From IMG/VR virus record IMGVR_UViG_3300013121_000005, positions 299,485-363,484 of that record: 64,000 nucleotides of DNA; one strand, 5' to 3'. This DNA is from a virus. Lineage: Duplodnaviria > Caudoviricetes. A model generated the notes under the pieces. It saw only the letters and a program-made list of their open reading frames with translations. It was not told where the DNA came from and did not search any database. Shown piece by piece: positions 50,401-60,640 of the stretch. The stretch's first letter is position 1. Each line of letters begins with the position of its first letter. The translations under genes and the position numbers were made by a program.

Positions 50401-51864
50401 TCAACCAGAAAAACCGTGATACCTCAAAAAACTAGGATCGGTGTAGGCGACGCTGACGAGCTTCACAGCGAGACGGGCCACCTCGTCAGTGAACTCCCGA
50501 GTGAGGTGATCCTTCACACGATCATGCGCTAGCTCGTGGAGGATCAGCTCCAGGTGCTTCGGCCCGAGGGAGGTCTCAAACCATGCCTTCCCGAGCCGAC
50601 CCACGTTGAAGGCGAGGGTCCCGTTCCCGTACCAGGCAGCATGCGGGAGGGCGATGGGCTCGTTGACGAGCTTTACGTGGATGGACTTGCCCAAGAGCTT
50701 CTCGGCCAGGTCCTCCGAGAACTCCACGAGGGCTCGCATCCCGTTCGTGTACTGGTCCTCGGGGATGATGCGCTCGGGGTCACCATCGGGGCTGTACTGG
50801 ACGCCGCTCGGGCGGATTTGGCCAGCAGGAGAGGCAAGTCCTGTAGCCCGGACATTAGCCCACTGTCCCTTCGATAGAGCCCCGCCAGGGATGACCGTGT
50901 ACCCCTCGTTCATTACCTGTTTGTTGGCCTCCTTGTCACTTGGATCGAAAATGGCCCGTTTCTTCCCGAAGCGTTCATCAAGGACCCTTCGGACAGCTTT
51001 CGGGTTTACTCGTTCATCTTCGGTCGCAGCATTCACCCAGACTTGAGAGGTGTCCTCTTTGGTCAACTCTTCTGTCATGTAGTTAGCCAGAAGGACTCGA
51101 ATGGTTTGAAGGTAGGCTGGGGTTACGTTGTCCCGGTCTACGTTCAGGGGTACCCGCTGATGCACACACACATGCCATCGTTCCCCTCCATTGAACGGGA
51201 CCACGGGAAGGCCCAACTCATACAGAGAAGGCTCTTCTCCTGGCAAGGGCTCGAATATGGTCACTTGAGTTCGACGCTTGGTTCGTCGGAGAAACTTCTC
51301 TTCATCCGCGTACTCAGTTTGGAGTTCGCACATGAACGTCTTGATGGGTTTTCGAGCTGGGATCAGCTCCCCGTTGAAGGTCAGAGTCACTCCGTTTAGA
51401 GGAATGATCTTCTTGGCAGCTAGACTTACTTCCTGGAGTTCGGATCGGGTCATGGGCAGCCGGACTTCGATTCGGCTGCCCTTTTCCCGCTTTGCCTTTG
51501 TGACTTTACGCCCCGAAGAGTCAAAGAACACGGTTCCAGTGGTAGTGGCAATTTTAGCCTCTAGAGCTAGCGCCAATACCATCTTCTCGCCCATGGTGAA
51601 GCGTCCCGCTTTCGTTGGGTCGGTACGCTTTGTGGTATCTGCAAAGAGAGTCCACGCAAGGGCGAGGTTTTCAAACCCCTTGGGGTCATCGTCTTCGCAA
51701 GTGAGCCATGCTTGAGGCGTGTGCGGGATCGAGCGAAGTTCGACGCTGACCTTACTCACATCCTGATCCAGGCCGTTCTGGACAACCTCGTATAGGGCCC
51801 AGGCAAGACCCCGACGCTTCATGAGGCGAGCTAGCCCCTCTTTGTCAGCTTCAAACCAATCCAT
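50401..51864 (-). CDS. GHKL-type ATPase with C-terminal HExxH domain
   Basis: EVVQNGLD, EDDDPKGF, GRFTMGEK; LHELAH. Confidence 0.8.
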   Translation of the reverse strand: MDWFEADKEGLARLMKRRGLAWALYEVVQNGLDQDVSKVSVELRSIPHTPQAWLTCEDDDPKGFENLALAWTLFADTTKRTDPTKAGRFTMGEKMVLALALEAKIATTTGTVFFDSSGRKVTKAKREKGSRIEVRLPMTRSELQEVSLAAKKIIPLNGVTLTFNGELIPARKPIKTFMCELQTEYADEEKFLRRTKRRTQVTIFEPLPGEEPSLYELGLPVVPFNGGERWHVCVHQRVPLNVDRDNVTPAYLQTIRVLLANYMTEELTKEDTSQVWVNAATEDERVNPKAVRRVLDERFGKKRAIFDPSDKEANKQVMNEGYTVIPGGALSKGQWANVRATGLASPAGQIRPSGVQYSPDGDPERIIPEDQYTNGMRALVEFSEDLAEKLLGKSIHVKLVNEPIALPHAAWYGNGTLAFNVGRLGKAWFETSLGPKHLELILHELAHDRVKDHLTREFTDEVARLAVKLVSVAYTDPSFLRYHGFSG

Positions 51865-52401
51865 GGCGGAGATCCTTTAGAAGCCACGTAGCCTCATTGA
51901 GGTTTAGCCCTACAAGTCCTTGGGGGCTAAACCCCATGATTACGAACGTCCCTTTGATGGGGACCCCCACCACGGTTCGAGTGCATTTCTCTTCGCTGTA
52001 CATGGCGCAGAAAATGTCGAACTTCCCCGCTCGGATTTGCTGAAGGCTCCCCCCCAAGATGTCTCGGAGGTGGGGGTAGCCCTCGATGTGGACCATCTCA
52101 GGTTTACACCGGGGCCTACAAATGACAGCGTTCATTTGATCAACTCAACCAAATCGGAAAAGTAGATGTCTACCTCTGCGTGTCCGTCAGCATGGCCGTA
52201 GTCCCATGCAAGCTGGAATGCCTTCCTTGCCTTGGGGTTATCCGTGACTCCATAGTGCTCGAACAAGTCCTCCTGAAACTCCTGGTGAAGGAGTCCTTGC
52301 TCGTCTCGGTAAGCATCCCGCTCGCGGGTTCCGGCCTTTCCGTAGGGGGCCTTGCCCCTGTAGTAATAAGACTCTAGCCGCTCTTTCAACCTTGAAGCCA
52401 T
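51851..52401 (-). CDS. two small hypothetical genes (51851-52135, 52132-52401)
   Basis: Coupled ORFs after a class-A promoter. Confidence 0.6.
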
Positions 52402-52506
52402 TTTCTCCTCTTTTACAAGCCCTAAACGAACATAGACCTGACCTCTCAACCAGAAAAAATCACACGAGGGGGGTTAAAGGATTGGACCCCCCTTCGTTGA
52501 AAGACC

Positions 52507-52884
52507 ATGCGAATCAAGCTAAACCCTTTCATCGTTGAGCGAGATGGTGTGGAGATTCCTCTGGTTATCCAGGGGAATTACTTCTCTGGGGATCCGGGGA
52601 AGCTGTACGGCCCCCCAGAGGATTGCTACCCCGCTGAGCCTGAGGAAGCTGAGGTGGAGCAGATTTTCCTCAATGGGAAGCCCTGGGAGGGGCAGCTTAC
52701 CTCAGAAGAGGAGAAGGAGGCCCAGGTAGCGATTATCGCGGCAGCTCAGGATGAGTCGGAGTACCTTGAGCGCGACCCGTCTTACGAGGAGGACTACGAC
52801 TACGAGGAGGACTACGACTACGAGGAGGACTACGACTACGAGGAGGATTACGACTACGACAACTACGACGACGGCGCTAACTGA
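52507..52884 (+). CDS. very acidic protein with (YEEDYD)n tail
   Basis: 18-bp repeat TACGAGGAGGACTACGAC x4 at about 52783-52854; ATG 6 nt after CGTTGA. Confidence 0.7.
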   Translation: MRIKLNPFIVERDGVEIPLVIQGNYFSGDPGKLYGPPEDCYPAEPEEAEVEQIFLNGKPWEGQLTSEEEKEAQVAIIAAAQDESEYLERDPSYEEDYDYEEDYDYEEDYDYEEDYDYDNYDDGAN

Positions 52885-52895
52885 AGAGACCCAAA

Positions 52896-54206
52896 ATGAA
52901 AATCCCGCTCACAATCAAGGTTTCCTATCTTCCGTCCTGGGGTGCGTATGAAGGCATCCGGGAGTTGGTCCAGAACGCCAAGGATGCGGAGGTCGAGCAC
53001 TCGGCCCCCATGAAGGTGGACTGGTACAACGACACACTTCGCATTGAGAACGAGGGTACGACCCTCCCGACGAAGGCGCTCCTTCTCGGTCACACGTCAA
53101 AGCTTGGGAACTCCCAGATGATCGGGAAATTTGGGGAGGGGCTCAAGCTCGGTGTTCTTGCGCTCGTTCGAGCTGGGCATGAGGTGAAGATCCGTAATGG
53201 ATCCGAGGTCTGGATCCCAACCATCGAGCGTAGCGATGTCTTCGGGGAAGATGTGCTTGTGTTCGATATTACGGGTGGTCGTGAGGTGAAAAACCGCATC
53301 CGGGTGGAAATCGCAGGCGTCACCAAGGAAGCTTGGGAGAAGATGCGGGAGTGCTTCTTGTTCCTCAGCAGGCCGCGAGAGACAGAGCAGGTGGTAACCA
53401 GCGAGGGGGCGCTCCTGATGGGGGCGCGTTTCAAGGGGCGGATCTTCGTCAAGGGGATCTTTGTGCAGACCGTACCTAACACGGAGTTTGGGTACGATCT
53501 TCCTGACGTGGCACTGGATCGAGACCGCAAAATGGTGGAGGCGTGGAACCTCCAGTACCATACGCGCAAGGTTTTCATGGCCTCCCTAACTCAGCGCCAG
53601 AGCCTATTCTCCAACTTTGTCCAAATGTTGGAGAATCCGACCCTGGAGACAGAAGGGTTGGATTCGTTGGCCGCTAGCTACAGCATTACCCCGGATTTGG
53701 CTGAGAAGGTCGTAGAGGTCTTTCAGCATACGCATGGGGCCCACGCTGTACCCGTGGCTAACCTCGCGGAGTCCAGAGACGTGGAACACCTGGGAAAGAT
53801 TGGGGTAGTGGTTTCCAAGCCTCTTGGAGCAGTTCTTGCTCGTTCCCTTGGGGATGCCCTTACGGTCCGTGAGAGCCTGAAACGAGAGGTTGTTCGGTCC
53901 TACGGCTGGGGTGAGCTTACCCTCGAAGAGCGGAGGATCCTGACTGACGCTATTGATCTGGTGGCGAAGGTCGAACCCGTGAAGCTGGACGACATTGATG
54001 TGGTAGACTTCCGCTCCCCTCTCCATGGGCAGTTCAAGGATAATCGCATCCTCCTTGCCAAGAACCTCTTGACCGACTTCGAGGAGACCGTCTGCACCCT
54101 GGTCCATGAAGTGGCCCATCGGATGGGAAACGATGGGGATATGGGGCACGTTCAACAGATTGAGCGTATCTGGATGGGAATTCTCCGAAACTTCCGAAGA
54201 AATTAG
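52896..54206 (+). CDS. GHKL-type ATPase with C-terminal HExxH domain
   Basis: IRELVQNAKDA, IENEG, IGKFGEGLK; LVHEVAH. Confidence 0.8.
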   Translation: MKIPLTIKVSYLPSWGAYEGIRELVQNAKDAEVEHSAPMKVDWYNDTLRIENEGTTLPTKALLLGHTSKLGNSQMIGKFGEGLKLGVLALVRAGHEVKIRNGSEVWIPTIERSDVFGEDVLVFDITGGREVKNRIRVEIAGVTKEAWEKMRECFLFLSRPRETEQVVTSEGALLMGARFKGRIFVKGIFVQTVPNTEFGYDLPDVALDRDRKMVEAWNLQYHTRKVFMASLTQRQSLFSNFVQMLENPTLETEGLDSLAASYSITPDLAEKVVEVFQHTHGAHAVPVANLAESRDVEHLGKIGVVVSKPLGAVLARSLGDALTVRESLKREVVRSYGWGELTLEERRILTDAIDLVAKVEPVKLDDIDVVDFRSPLHGQFKDNRILLAKNLLTDFEETVCTLVHEVAHRMGNDGDMGHVQQIERIWMGILRNFRRN

Positions 54207-54251
54207 ATGTAAGGGGGTTGAGCCTGTCAGGCTCTTTTCGTTAAGGCTGAT

Positions 54252-55469
54252 ATGAGAGGTGTGGCGCTAAATAAGGAGTCTATTCGCTTGAAGGCTGCCG
54301 CACGACGGGTAGCCAAGCAAGAGAAGTTGACTCAGCTTGCGAAGGTCGAGGCCAAAGAGGCTAAGATCCGTGAAGCTTTTACCGAGCGCCACCACTCGGT
54401 TTTTGGTAAGCTACCTCCTTCTGTGCCCTATACGGTGGCCGAAGTAATCCAGAAGAAGGCTCCGAAGTTGCTGGAAAGCGGGGACTACCTTCACGCCTTG
54501 TCCAAGCTTTCCCAAATCAATTGGGTTCGCCCAATCGCAGACTGGGAGCCAAAGGGGAAGGGGAAGGGGACGAACTTCCGTTCGCTCTGTGAGCACCTGC
54601 TGGCAAAGTACCCGATGCCCGCCTTCCTTTGGTCAGCCTTCTTTGAGGACCAAGCTAACGCATTTACCGCCTTTGTTGTCTGGGTCGCTCTGGGGCACAG
54701 CCCCTATGAGGCTGTGAAAAAGAATATTCTCCCTGTTCCTTTGACCCGTAAAATGTGCCATGCCTTGATGGCATCTAAGGCGGATATGCCATTTTTCAAG
54801 GCCCTTCGCCAAGCGCAAATTCAAATCCTTGGGGGAAGCCCCCGCTTCTTCGCAAATTGGATGAAGACCCAAGCTGGGCAAAGGCTTCACTCGGAAGAAA
54901 TGGAGGCATTTTGGGCTACGACTATCGAGTGGTTCACTAAGCAGCCCATGGTAGACCCTGCTCAAATGGGACCCCTTGTGGACTACATCATTTTTCGGCG
55001 AAACCAGAATGACAAGTTCACGATGACGGGGCGCTCGTTTCTGGCGTTTTTCCGTGAAATGCAAGCGTGGCACGCAACTCTTGGCAATGACGACACCTAT
55101 CGTGGCGCGTCCATGTTCGAGACGAGTGGGTTTAAGGCTTTCTCTTTGGACCACCATGGGATGGTGTGGGAGATCCGGGAGATTCTGACGGCTAAGGCTT
55201 TGATCGACGAAAGCCGAAAGATGGCCCACTGCGCAGCTTCGTACGCTCCTTCCATCACAAGTGGGCGTATCTCTCTTTGGTCCCTGACTGCCACCGATCC
55301 GAATTCGGGCGTTGTGTCCAAGGCTCTTACGGTCGAGGTCCAAAACGTTCCACGTGTGATCGTACAGGCTCGGGGCAAGTACAATCGGCTTGCAACCACT
55401 CAAGAAATTTACGTACTCACCCAGTGGGCAGCGGTTAATAACCTTCGGCTTAGCCAACGAGTGGTGTAG
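54252..55469 (+). CDS. PcfJ-like domain protein
   Basis: WH..L...ESRKMAHCAASY...IVQARGKYN. Confidence 0.75.
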   Translation: MRGVALNKESIRLKAAARRVAKQEKLTQLAKVEAKEAKIREAFTERHHSVFGKLPPSVPYTVAEVIQKKAPKLLESGDYLHALSKLSQINWVRPIADWEPKGKGKGTNFRSLCEHLLAKYPMPAFLWSAFFEDQANAFTAFVVWVALGHSPYEAVKKNILPVPLTRKMCHALMASKADMPFFKALRQAQIQILGGSPRFFANWMKTQAGQRLHSEEMEAFWATTIEWFTKQPMVDPAQMGPLVDYIIFRRNQNDKFTMTGRSFLAFFREMQAWHATLGNDDTYRGASMFETSGFKAFSLDHHGMVWEIREILTAKALIDESRKMAHCAASYAPSITSGRISLWSLTATDPNSGVVSKALTVEVQNVPRVIVQARGKYNRLATTQEIYVLTQWAAVNNLRLSQRVV

Positions 55470-55726
55470 GATCAGGTTGCGCTAGGGAGGGGCCCCCACC
55501 CCCTAAATTACGGCTTCAGCAGAAGAGGTAACCTTCTGTGCGTCCTAAGCTCACAGACCGTGCTGTACGGGCAGTGGGGGCACTCTATGTCTACTGGAGA
55601 GTGGCACTCAACAACTATCCAAGAGGATGTATGCTGGGGCCAGAGTACGTGTTAGGGTGATGCCCCTAAGGGGAACTACAAAAGTGCTTTAGTCACCCAT
55701 TTACCAGATACGATAAGGTTTAAATC
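55470..55726 (+). ncRNA. candidate structured ncRNA
   Basis: GGTGTA at 55463; stems 55492-99/55574-81 and 55655-60/55693-98 with nested hairpins; no ORF. Confidence 0.45.
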
Positions 55727-56093
55727 TTGCTTCACGGGCTTACCTACCTAATGGGCCCCCTCCAGACACTAGAGGGAGCCTTACCTCGCAACTCCCCTGA
55801 GGGCTCTTCTGCTACGCTGGATAAGCCCAACGCTTGGAGAGGGGAGTTGATTTCGTATGGACCCTTGCACCAAGAGATCCATCGGGTCTTACGTAAGCAA
55901 AACCTAGACCTAGTGTCTATCCGAAAACGAGTAGGTTCGCCTGAATTCAGCATCACCTTTTTCTGTAGTCAGCGTAAAGGGTGGTCTCTGCTGGTGGCTG
56001 TGCCTTTAACCGTCCCTGCATTACTGACTGACTATGCAGTGGTTTCAGGGTTACTAGACCAACTTGCGAATTGGCATAAGCTTCGGAGTTGAT

Positions 56094-56597
56094 ATGCCCA
56101 TTGTTTACTTGAAAGGTGATGCGACCGCACCTCAAGGGAAAGGGCCTAAAATCATTGCACATATAGCTAATGACCAGGGCGGTTGGGGGGCTGGCTTCGT
56201 TTTGGCTATTTCCAAGCGTTGGGCTTACCCCGAGCAAATGTACCGCCAGTGGTACCGCCAGCGGGACCCCATCAACAACCCGGAACCCATCGTGATGACC
56301 TCGGGAAGGTTTCAGCTAGGGGAGACCCAGCTCGTCATGGTCGCCAGCGGGCTCGCTGTAGCTAACATGGTCTCCCAGGCAGGGATGCGAACCAGCTCGA
56401 AGGGGCCGCCCATCCGGTACGACTCCCTCCAGGTTTGCCTTGAGAAAGTAAGGGATTACGCGGACTCCTTCAAGGCGAGCGTCCACATGCCAAGAATCGG
56501 GACTGGGCTTGCTCAGGGAGACTGGCGTGTCATCGAGCCAATCATCCAGAAGGCGTTGTCCGACATCGACACCTACGTCTACGACTTTTCTGGTTGA
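56094..56597 (+). CDS. macrodomain protein (Poa1p/TARG-like)
   Basis: KGDAT..IIAHIAND.GGWGAGF...HMPRIGTGLAQGDW. Confidence 0.85.
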   Translation: MPIVYLKGDATAPQGKGPKIIAHIANDQGGWGAGFVLAISKRWAYPEQMYRQWYRQRDPINNPEPIVMTSGRFQLGETQLVMVASGLAVANMVSQAGMRTSSKGPPIRYDSLQVCLEKVRDYADSFKASVHMPRIGTGLAQGDWRVIEPIIQKALSDIDTYVYDFSG

Positions 56598-56626
56598 AGA
56601 ACGGGGGTCGGCCCCGTTGAAGGAGC

Positions 56627-57294
56627 ATGATGAACACGAATTGGCGTGAGGAAGAGAAGAAGGGGCTTCAAGCGAAGCTCAAGACCGATACGTACACGGT
56701 GAACGGCGTCCTCTGTTGGACGTCCTGCCGTCACCAGGAGGACCGTCCGGTCCCGATGCACGTCTTCGCGGACGCCGACGTGGAGCCCCCGCCCGGCCAG
56801 AAGGCTGCGTGCGAGGCCCACACGAGTGCTTTCCTTGCGGCCTACCGCAAGGCGATGGAGAACCACGTTCCCTCCGAGGAGGAGATGTTCGAGATGCGAG
56901 GGGCCTTCGGTCCTGGCGCCACGGTCGTCAACGTCGTTACCGGCAAGGAGATCAAGCTGTGACCAACTACAACGTGAAGCCCGAGGGGCTCAGCAAGACC
57001 GGGACGAAGGCGTACGAGGTCATCATGTCCGTGCTCAAGAAGCACGACGCGACCTACACGGGGGGGTGCAAGTCCTTCTACAGCCCCGCCGAGTGGAAGG
57101 GACGTGGCGAGGAGTTCGGGCTCGACGCCGAGCTGATCGTCGTTTATGACGGGGGGAGCTTGCCTCCCTATTTCAGCCTCGATCACAGCTACCCTCACTA
57201 CACTCAGTACGAGATCATGCGTCAAGCGCTTGAAGCCGAGGGCCTGTACTTCGAGGAGTGTACTGGTTGGTACGCTGCAATCTATAAGCTCTAA
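56627..57294 (+). CDS. two hypothetical genes (56627-56962, 56959-57294)
   Basis: Promoter-defined start; GTGA overlap. Confidence 0.65.
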
Positions 57295-57303
57295 AGGAAT
57301 CCT

Positions 57304-58050
57304 ATGCGAGTCAGGATCGTCTCAGACCTTCACTTTGAGTTCCATAGGGATGGGGGTCGTACCCTCATTGATATGATCCTGGCAGACTCGAACTTCGATG
57401 TTCTTGTAGTTGCTGGGGACATTTCCAATATGGAGAGTACTCGGTCCTTGTCTCTGGTAGAGTTGGCAAGTACAGCCAATCCGAAACCAGTTGTCTACGT
57501 TCTTGGTAACCATGAAGCTTATGGGGGGACCCTAGAGGAAGCGGAAGCCAAAGCACGAAAAGCGACGGCTACCTGCGGAAACCTCCATGTCCTTGAGCGG
57601 GAGGTGGCCGAGATTGCTGGACAGCGTTTTGTAGGCTGCACTCTATGGTATGAGTACTCCGGTTGGGTGCCCCTTGATGACCGAATGGGGGACTTTACAT
57701 GGATCGATGGGATTCGCTCTTGGCTTCCAGAGCGAGCCAAGGAATCCGCAAAATTCCTTAGGGAAACCGTACAACCTGGGGATGTGGTGGTTACCCATAC
57801 CCTCCCCCATGTGAAAAGCATTCACTCAAAGTACCGCCACTCACCCACCAACAACTACTTCCTACATAATGTGGGGGATGTAGTTGAAAAGGGTGGGGCT
57901 AAGCTCTGGGTCCATGGGCATACCCATGCGAGTGTGGATTATCGTGTGGGGGAGACCAGGGTTGTCTGCAACCCGTTTGGGTACGTCCACACTCGATTGG
58001 ACGATGAGCCTAATCTACGGTTTAACCCCAAGTTTACCGTGGAACTCTAG
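57304..58050 (+). CDS. calcineurin-like metallophosphoesterase
   Basis: SDLH, AGD, GNHE, VTH, HGHTH. Confidence 0.9.
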   Translation: MRVRIVSDLHFEFHRDGGRTLIDMILADSNFDVLVVAGDISNMESTRSLSLVELASTANPKPVVYVLGNHEAYGGTLEEAEAKARKATATCGNLHVLEREVAEIAGQRFVGCTLWYEYSGWVPLDDRMGDFTWIDGIRSWLPERAKESAKFLRETVQPGDVVVTHTLPHVKSIHSKYRHSPTNNYFLHNVGDVVEKGGAKLWVHGHTHASVDYRVGETRVVCNPFGYVHTRLDDEPNLRFNPKFTVEL

Positions 58051-58529
58051 CCAGATACCTTGACGGTGTAGACCTTACGGCAAGCCGTACGTGCGAGACG
58101 TACGGCTTGCCCCGTACCTGAGTTTGGATTTCCGTTCCAAAAGGCTAGAACCAGACTAGCTATCTCTACGAGATATTGGTTCCGAATCCGAAAGCTGGCA
58201 TACTTGTTGGACGCCATGATGGGGTTTCGGAGTTCAATGACTTCATCCGCTTTACGGGTCCACTCCCGAGTATCCCAAGGCTGAGCCCCTATTGTGTCAG
58301 GAACGACAACAGTAAGGTGAGGGCGGATACCGCTTCGCCAGATAAGGGCCGACTTGAGGGCTTCCGTGTCTACTCCACGAGCCCCTCCAAAGTAGATGGC
58401 ATCGACACTAGAGTTCCGAACCACAGTTTGGATCGCGGTCTGAACGAGCTGAAGGTCCCCAGCCGAAGAAAGGGAGCGATGCCCCGTGACGCTGACGATT
58501 TTCCACAACTCTCGCTCTGGGGGCCTCAT
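58047..58529 (-). CDS. SLOG (DprA/YspA-like) protein
   Basis: VTGHR, GGARGVD, RNQYLV, SGTGQAV. Confidence 0.75.
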   Translation of the reverse strand: MRPPERELWKIVSVTGHRSLSSAGDLQLVQTAIQTVVRNSSVDAIYFGGARGVDTEALKSALIWRSGIRPHLTVVVPDTIGAQPWDTREWTRKADEVIELRNPIMASNKYASFRIRNQYLVEIASLVLAFWNGNPNSGTGQAVRLARTACRKVYTVKVSG

Positions 58530-58774
58530 AGCTTCTTAATGGCACCTAACCAGCGAGGTCCTGCCTTCCAGCTCCAGTCTGCCATACTTGTATAGGCCCA
58601 GACTTGAACAACGGGGCCCCCTTCTCTCTCAACCCAACCATTTTCAGTGGCAATGAGGATTGTCTCTTCGTTGTTGGGTCCTCGTTCCCCCGTGAATGGG
58701 TGGAAACTATCACAGGCTTGGTACCCGTTGAGAGATGCAACTTGATCCTTGGTCCAAGGAGGGGTGGTTACCAT
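58526..58774 (-). CDS. hypothetical protein
   Basis: PPWT..QV.SLN.YQ...FHPFT motif. Confidence 0.6.
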   Translation of the reverse strand: MVTTPPWTKDQVASLNGYQACDSFHPFTGERGPNNEETILIATENGWVEREGGPVVQVWAYTSMADWSWKAGPRWLGAIKKL

Positions 58775-59115
58775 GGTTCTACTTCCTTGAGCGAGAAAGC
58801 ATTTCGCCAACAATTGCTCGCTCTAGTACAAAGAGCGCATTTGCGTGAGCGTGCAAGAAGAAGGCTTCTGGGTACCTGAGAATCTCTCGGTGAAAAGGGC
58901 TCATTACAGCTTGCCGTTCATCGTCCGAAACGTCTGACCGTAAAGACAAGGTGTTCACCCAAAGAGACTTTAGTTCGGGTGAGGTTTTCGTGATGGCAGC
59001 ATGAGCTTTTTTCCTAGCTTCCTTCATCCGAGAGGTCACATAGGACTTCAATGCTGAAAGCTCCTGGAGGGTAAGGTGAGAGAGGTCGGGAAGAGGGATG
59101 GGGGTGTTAAGGTGA

Positions 59116-59568
59116 TTAGCGGGCACGCCTAAAGATAACACCGGGGAAGAAGGTTCCTGTCCCCGGGTGCAAAGTAGCTGTGCGGTATGCTCTTTGGGCA
59201 GGGGAAGGAGAGGTCCCCGAGTCAGAGACAAACCCCCCTCTAGAGTAGTATTGAACCACTACAACCTGCTGGAAAGGGCGGACCGGAAAAGGTACGGGAG
59301 GAGGTTGAGGTGAAAGTGTAAGCTTGGCGATGTCTTCTTTCAGCTTACATAGGAGCCTAAATCGTTCTGTTGCTGTTGGGTCCCCTCCCGTATGATCCGG
59401 GTGAAGCTTAAGGGCCATTTTGCTGAAGGCTTTCTTGAACTTGTCTTGTAAAGCTTTGAGTCGTTCAATACCTTCAGCAAGAGAAGGAGCTTCTCGGATG
59501 TACCGAAAGTCTTCTAGGGTGATCCCCATTTCTCTAAGCAGGGCTTCAACTTCGGGGGTTTGTTGCAT
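59116..59568 (-). CDS. J-domain (DnaJ-like) protein
   Basis: KKAFSKMALKLHPDHTGG...F. Confidence 0.75.
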   Translation of the reverse strand: MQQTPEVEALLREMGITLEDFRYIREAPSLAEGIERLKALQDKFKKAFSKMALKLHPDHTGGDPTATERFRLLCKLKEDIAKLTLSPQPPPVPFPVRPFQQVVVVQYYSRGGFVSDSGTSPSPAQRAYRTATLHPGTGTFFPGVIFRRAR

Positions 59569-59662
59569 GGGGTACCACCTTTCTCAAGTTGGCTAATAGG
59601 AAGAAAGTGGTGTATCTACCTGGAGCGGGTCCTCTATCTTGCCGGTGCCCAGAGATGAAACC

Positions 59663-60192
59663 ATGAAGAAGAATACGACGGTGGGCGAGTTGCGGGTTCT
59701 CTGCCGCGAGGCTCATGCGGCGTTGCGGGACATCGCAGAGGTGGCCAGCGGCAGGGGGTGTTCATGCGAGTGCGGGCACGATCAGGAAGGGCACGACGAC
59801 GAGTGCGAGCGGTGCGATATGTGCCTCATCGGCGAGTGCGTCTCGACGCGCTTGATGGATCGCCTCCGCACGGCGGGAGGTGGGTAATGGGCCCTGAGTA
59901 CACGGATGAAGAGGTTCTCCTGGCAGTTCGGGATCGACCTGACTTAGGTCAGATCCTAACTCGGCTAGCTTACTTCTCGGATAGACTGGCTGAGAAAGGG
60001 CGAGCTGTTAACGCCCTACAAGAAGAACTCATGCGTATCGGAGAAGATACCCCCAAGGTTGTAGCTCTTGCTCGACGAGCGAGTGGGCTTAGCGAAGATA
60101 TATCTCGACTTACCTCTGAACGTGACCAATATGTACTTGATCTTATGGGCATACCCCCTAAGATAGAATCAAACGTTTCCTGTCCAATCTAA
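59663..60192 (+). CDS. two small hypothetical genes (59663-59887, 59887-60192)
   Basis: Cys-rich ORF, then a coiled-coil ORF with TAATG overlap. Confidence 0.55.
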
Positions 60193-60215
60193 CCGTAAGG
60201 AATTTACCGAGAATC

Positions 60216-60539
60216 ATGAGTACCTACACTGACCAGACTCTAACCTGCAAGGACTGCCAAGCCCCTTTCACTTTCACTGCCCGAGACCAGGAATTCTTTG
60301 CCCTACAAGGGTATACGCCTCCCAAGCGTTGTAAGCCCTGTAGGCAAGCGTTCAAAGCCAGGATTGGTTCGCCGTCGCAGGCCCCTTCTTCGGGCTTCAA
60401 CTCAAGCAACGGTTATTCCACAGGGGGCACCAACAGTTACCCTTCAGGAGATCGAAATGGAGGGGGTGGGGGTCGTCGTCAGGGTGGTGGGGGGAAGCGT
60501 CGTCGAGACCGAGACAGTTTCGGTAACTACGATGATTGA
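60216..60539 (+). CDS. zinc-ribbon protein with Gly/Arg-rich tail
   Basis: D.TLTCKDC..F.FT..DQEFF...G...PKRCKPCR. Confidence 0.8.
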   Translation: MSTYTDQTLTCKDCQAPFTFTARDQEFFALQGYTPPKRCKPCRQAFKARIGSPSQAPSSGFNSSNGYSTGGTNSYPSGDRNGGGGGRRQGGGGKRRRDRDSFGNYDD

Positions 60540-60640
60540 GATGTGACGTCCCAGCGGGGTTCGTCCTAGAAAGGGGGCTAAGGTTACACTTAGCTCCCTT
60601 TTTTAGTTGAAAGGTTAGCCCTCCTTTCGTTGAAAGTAAC

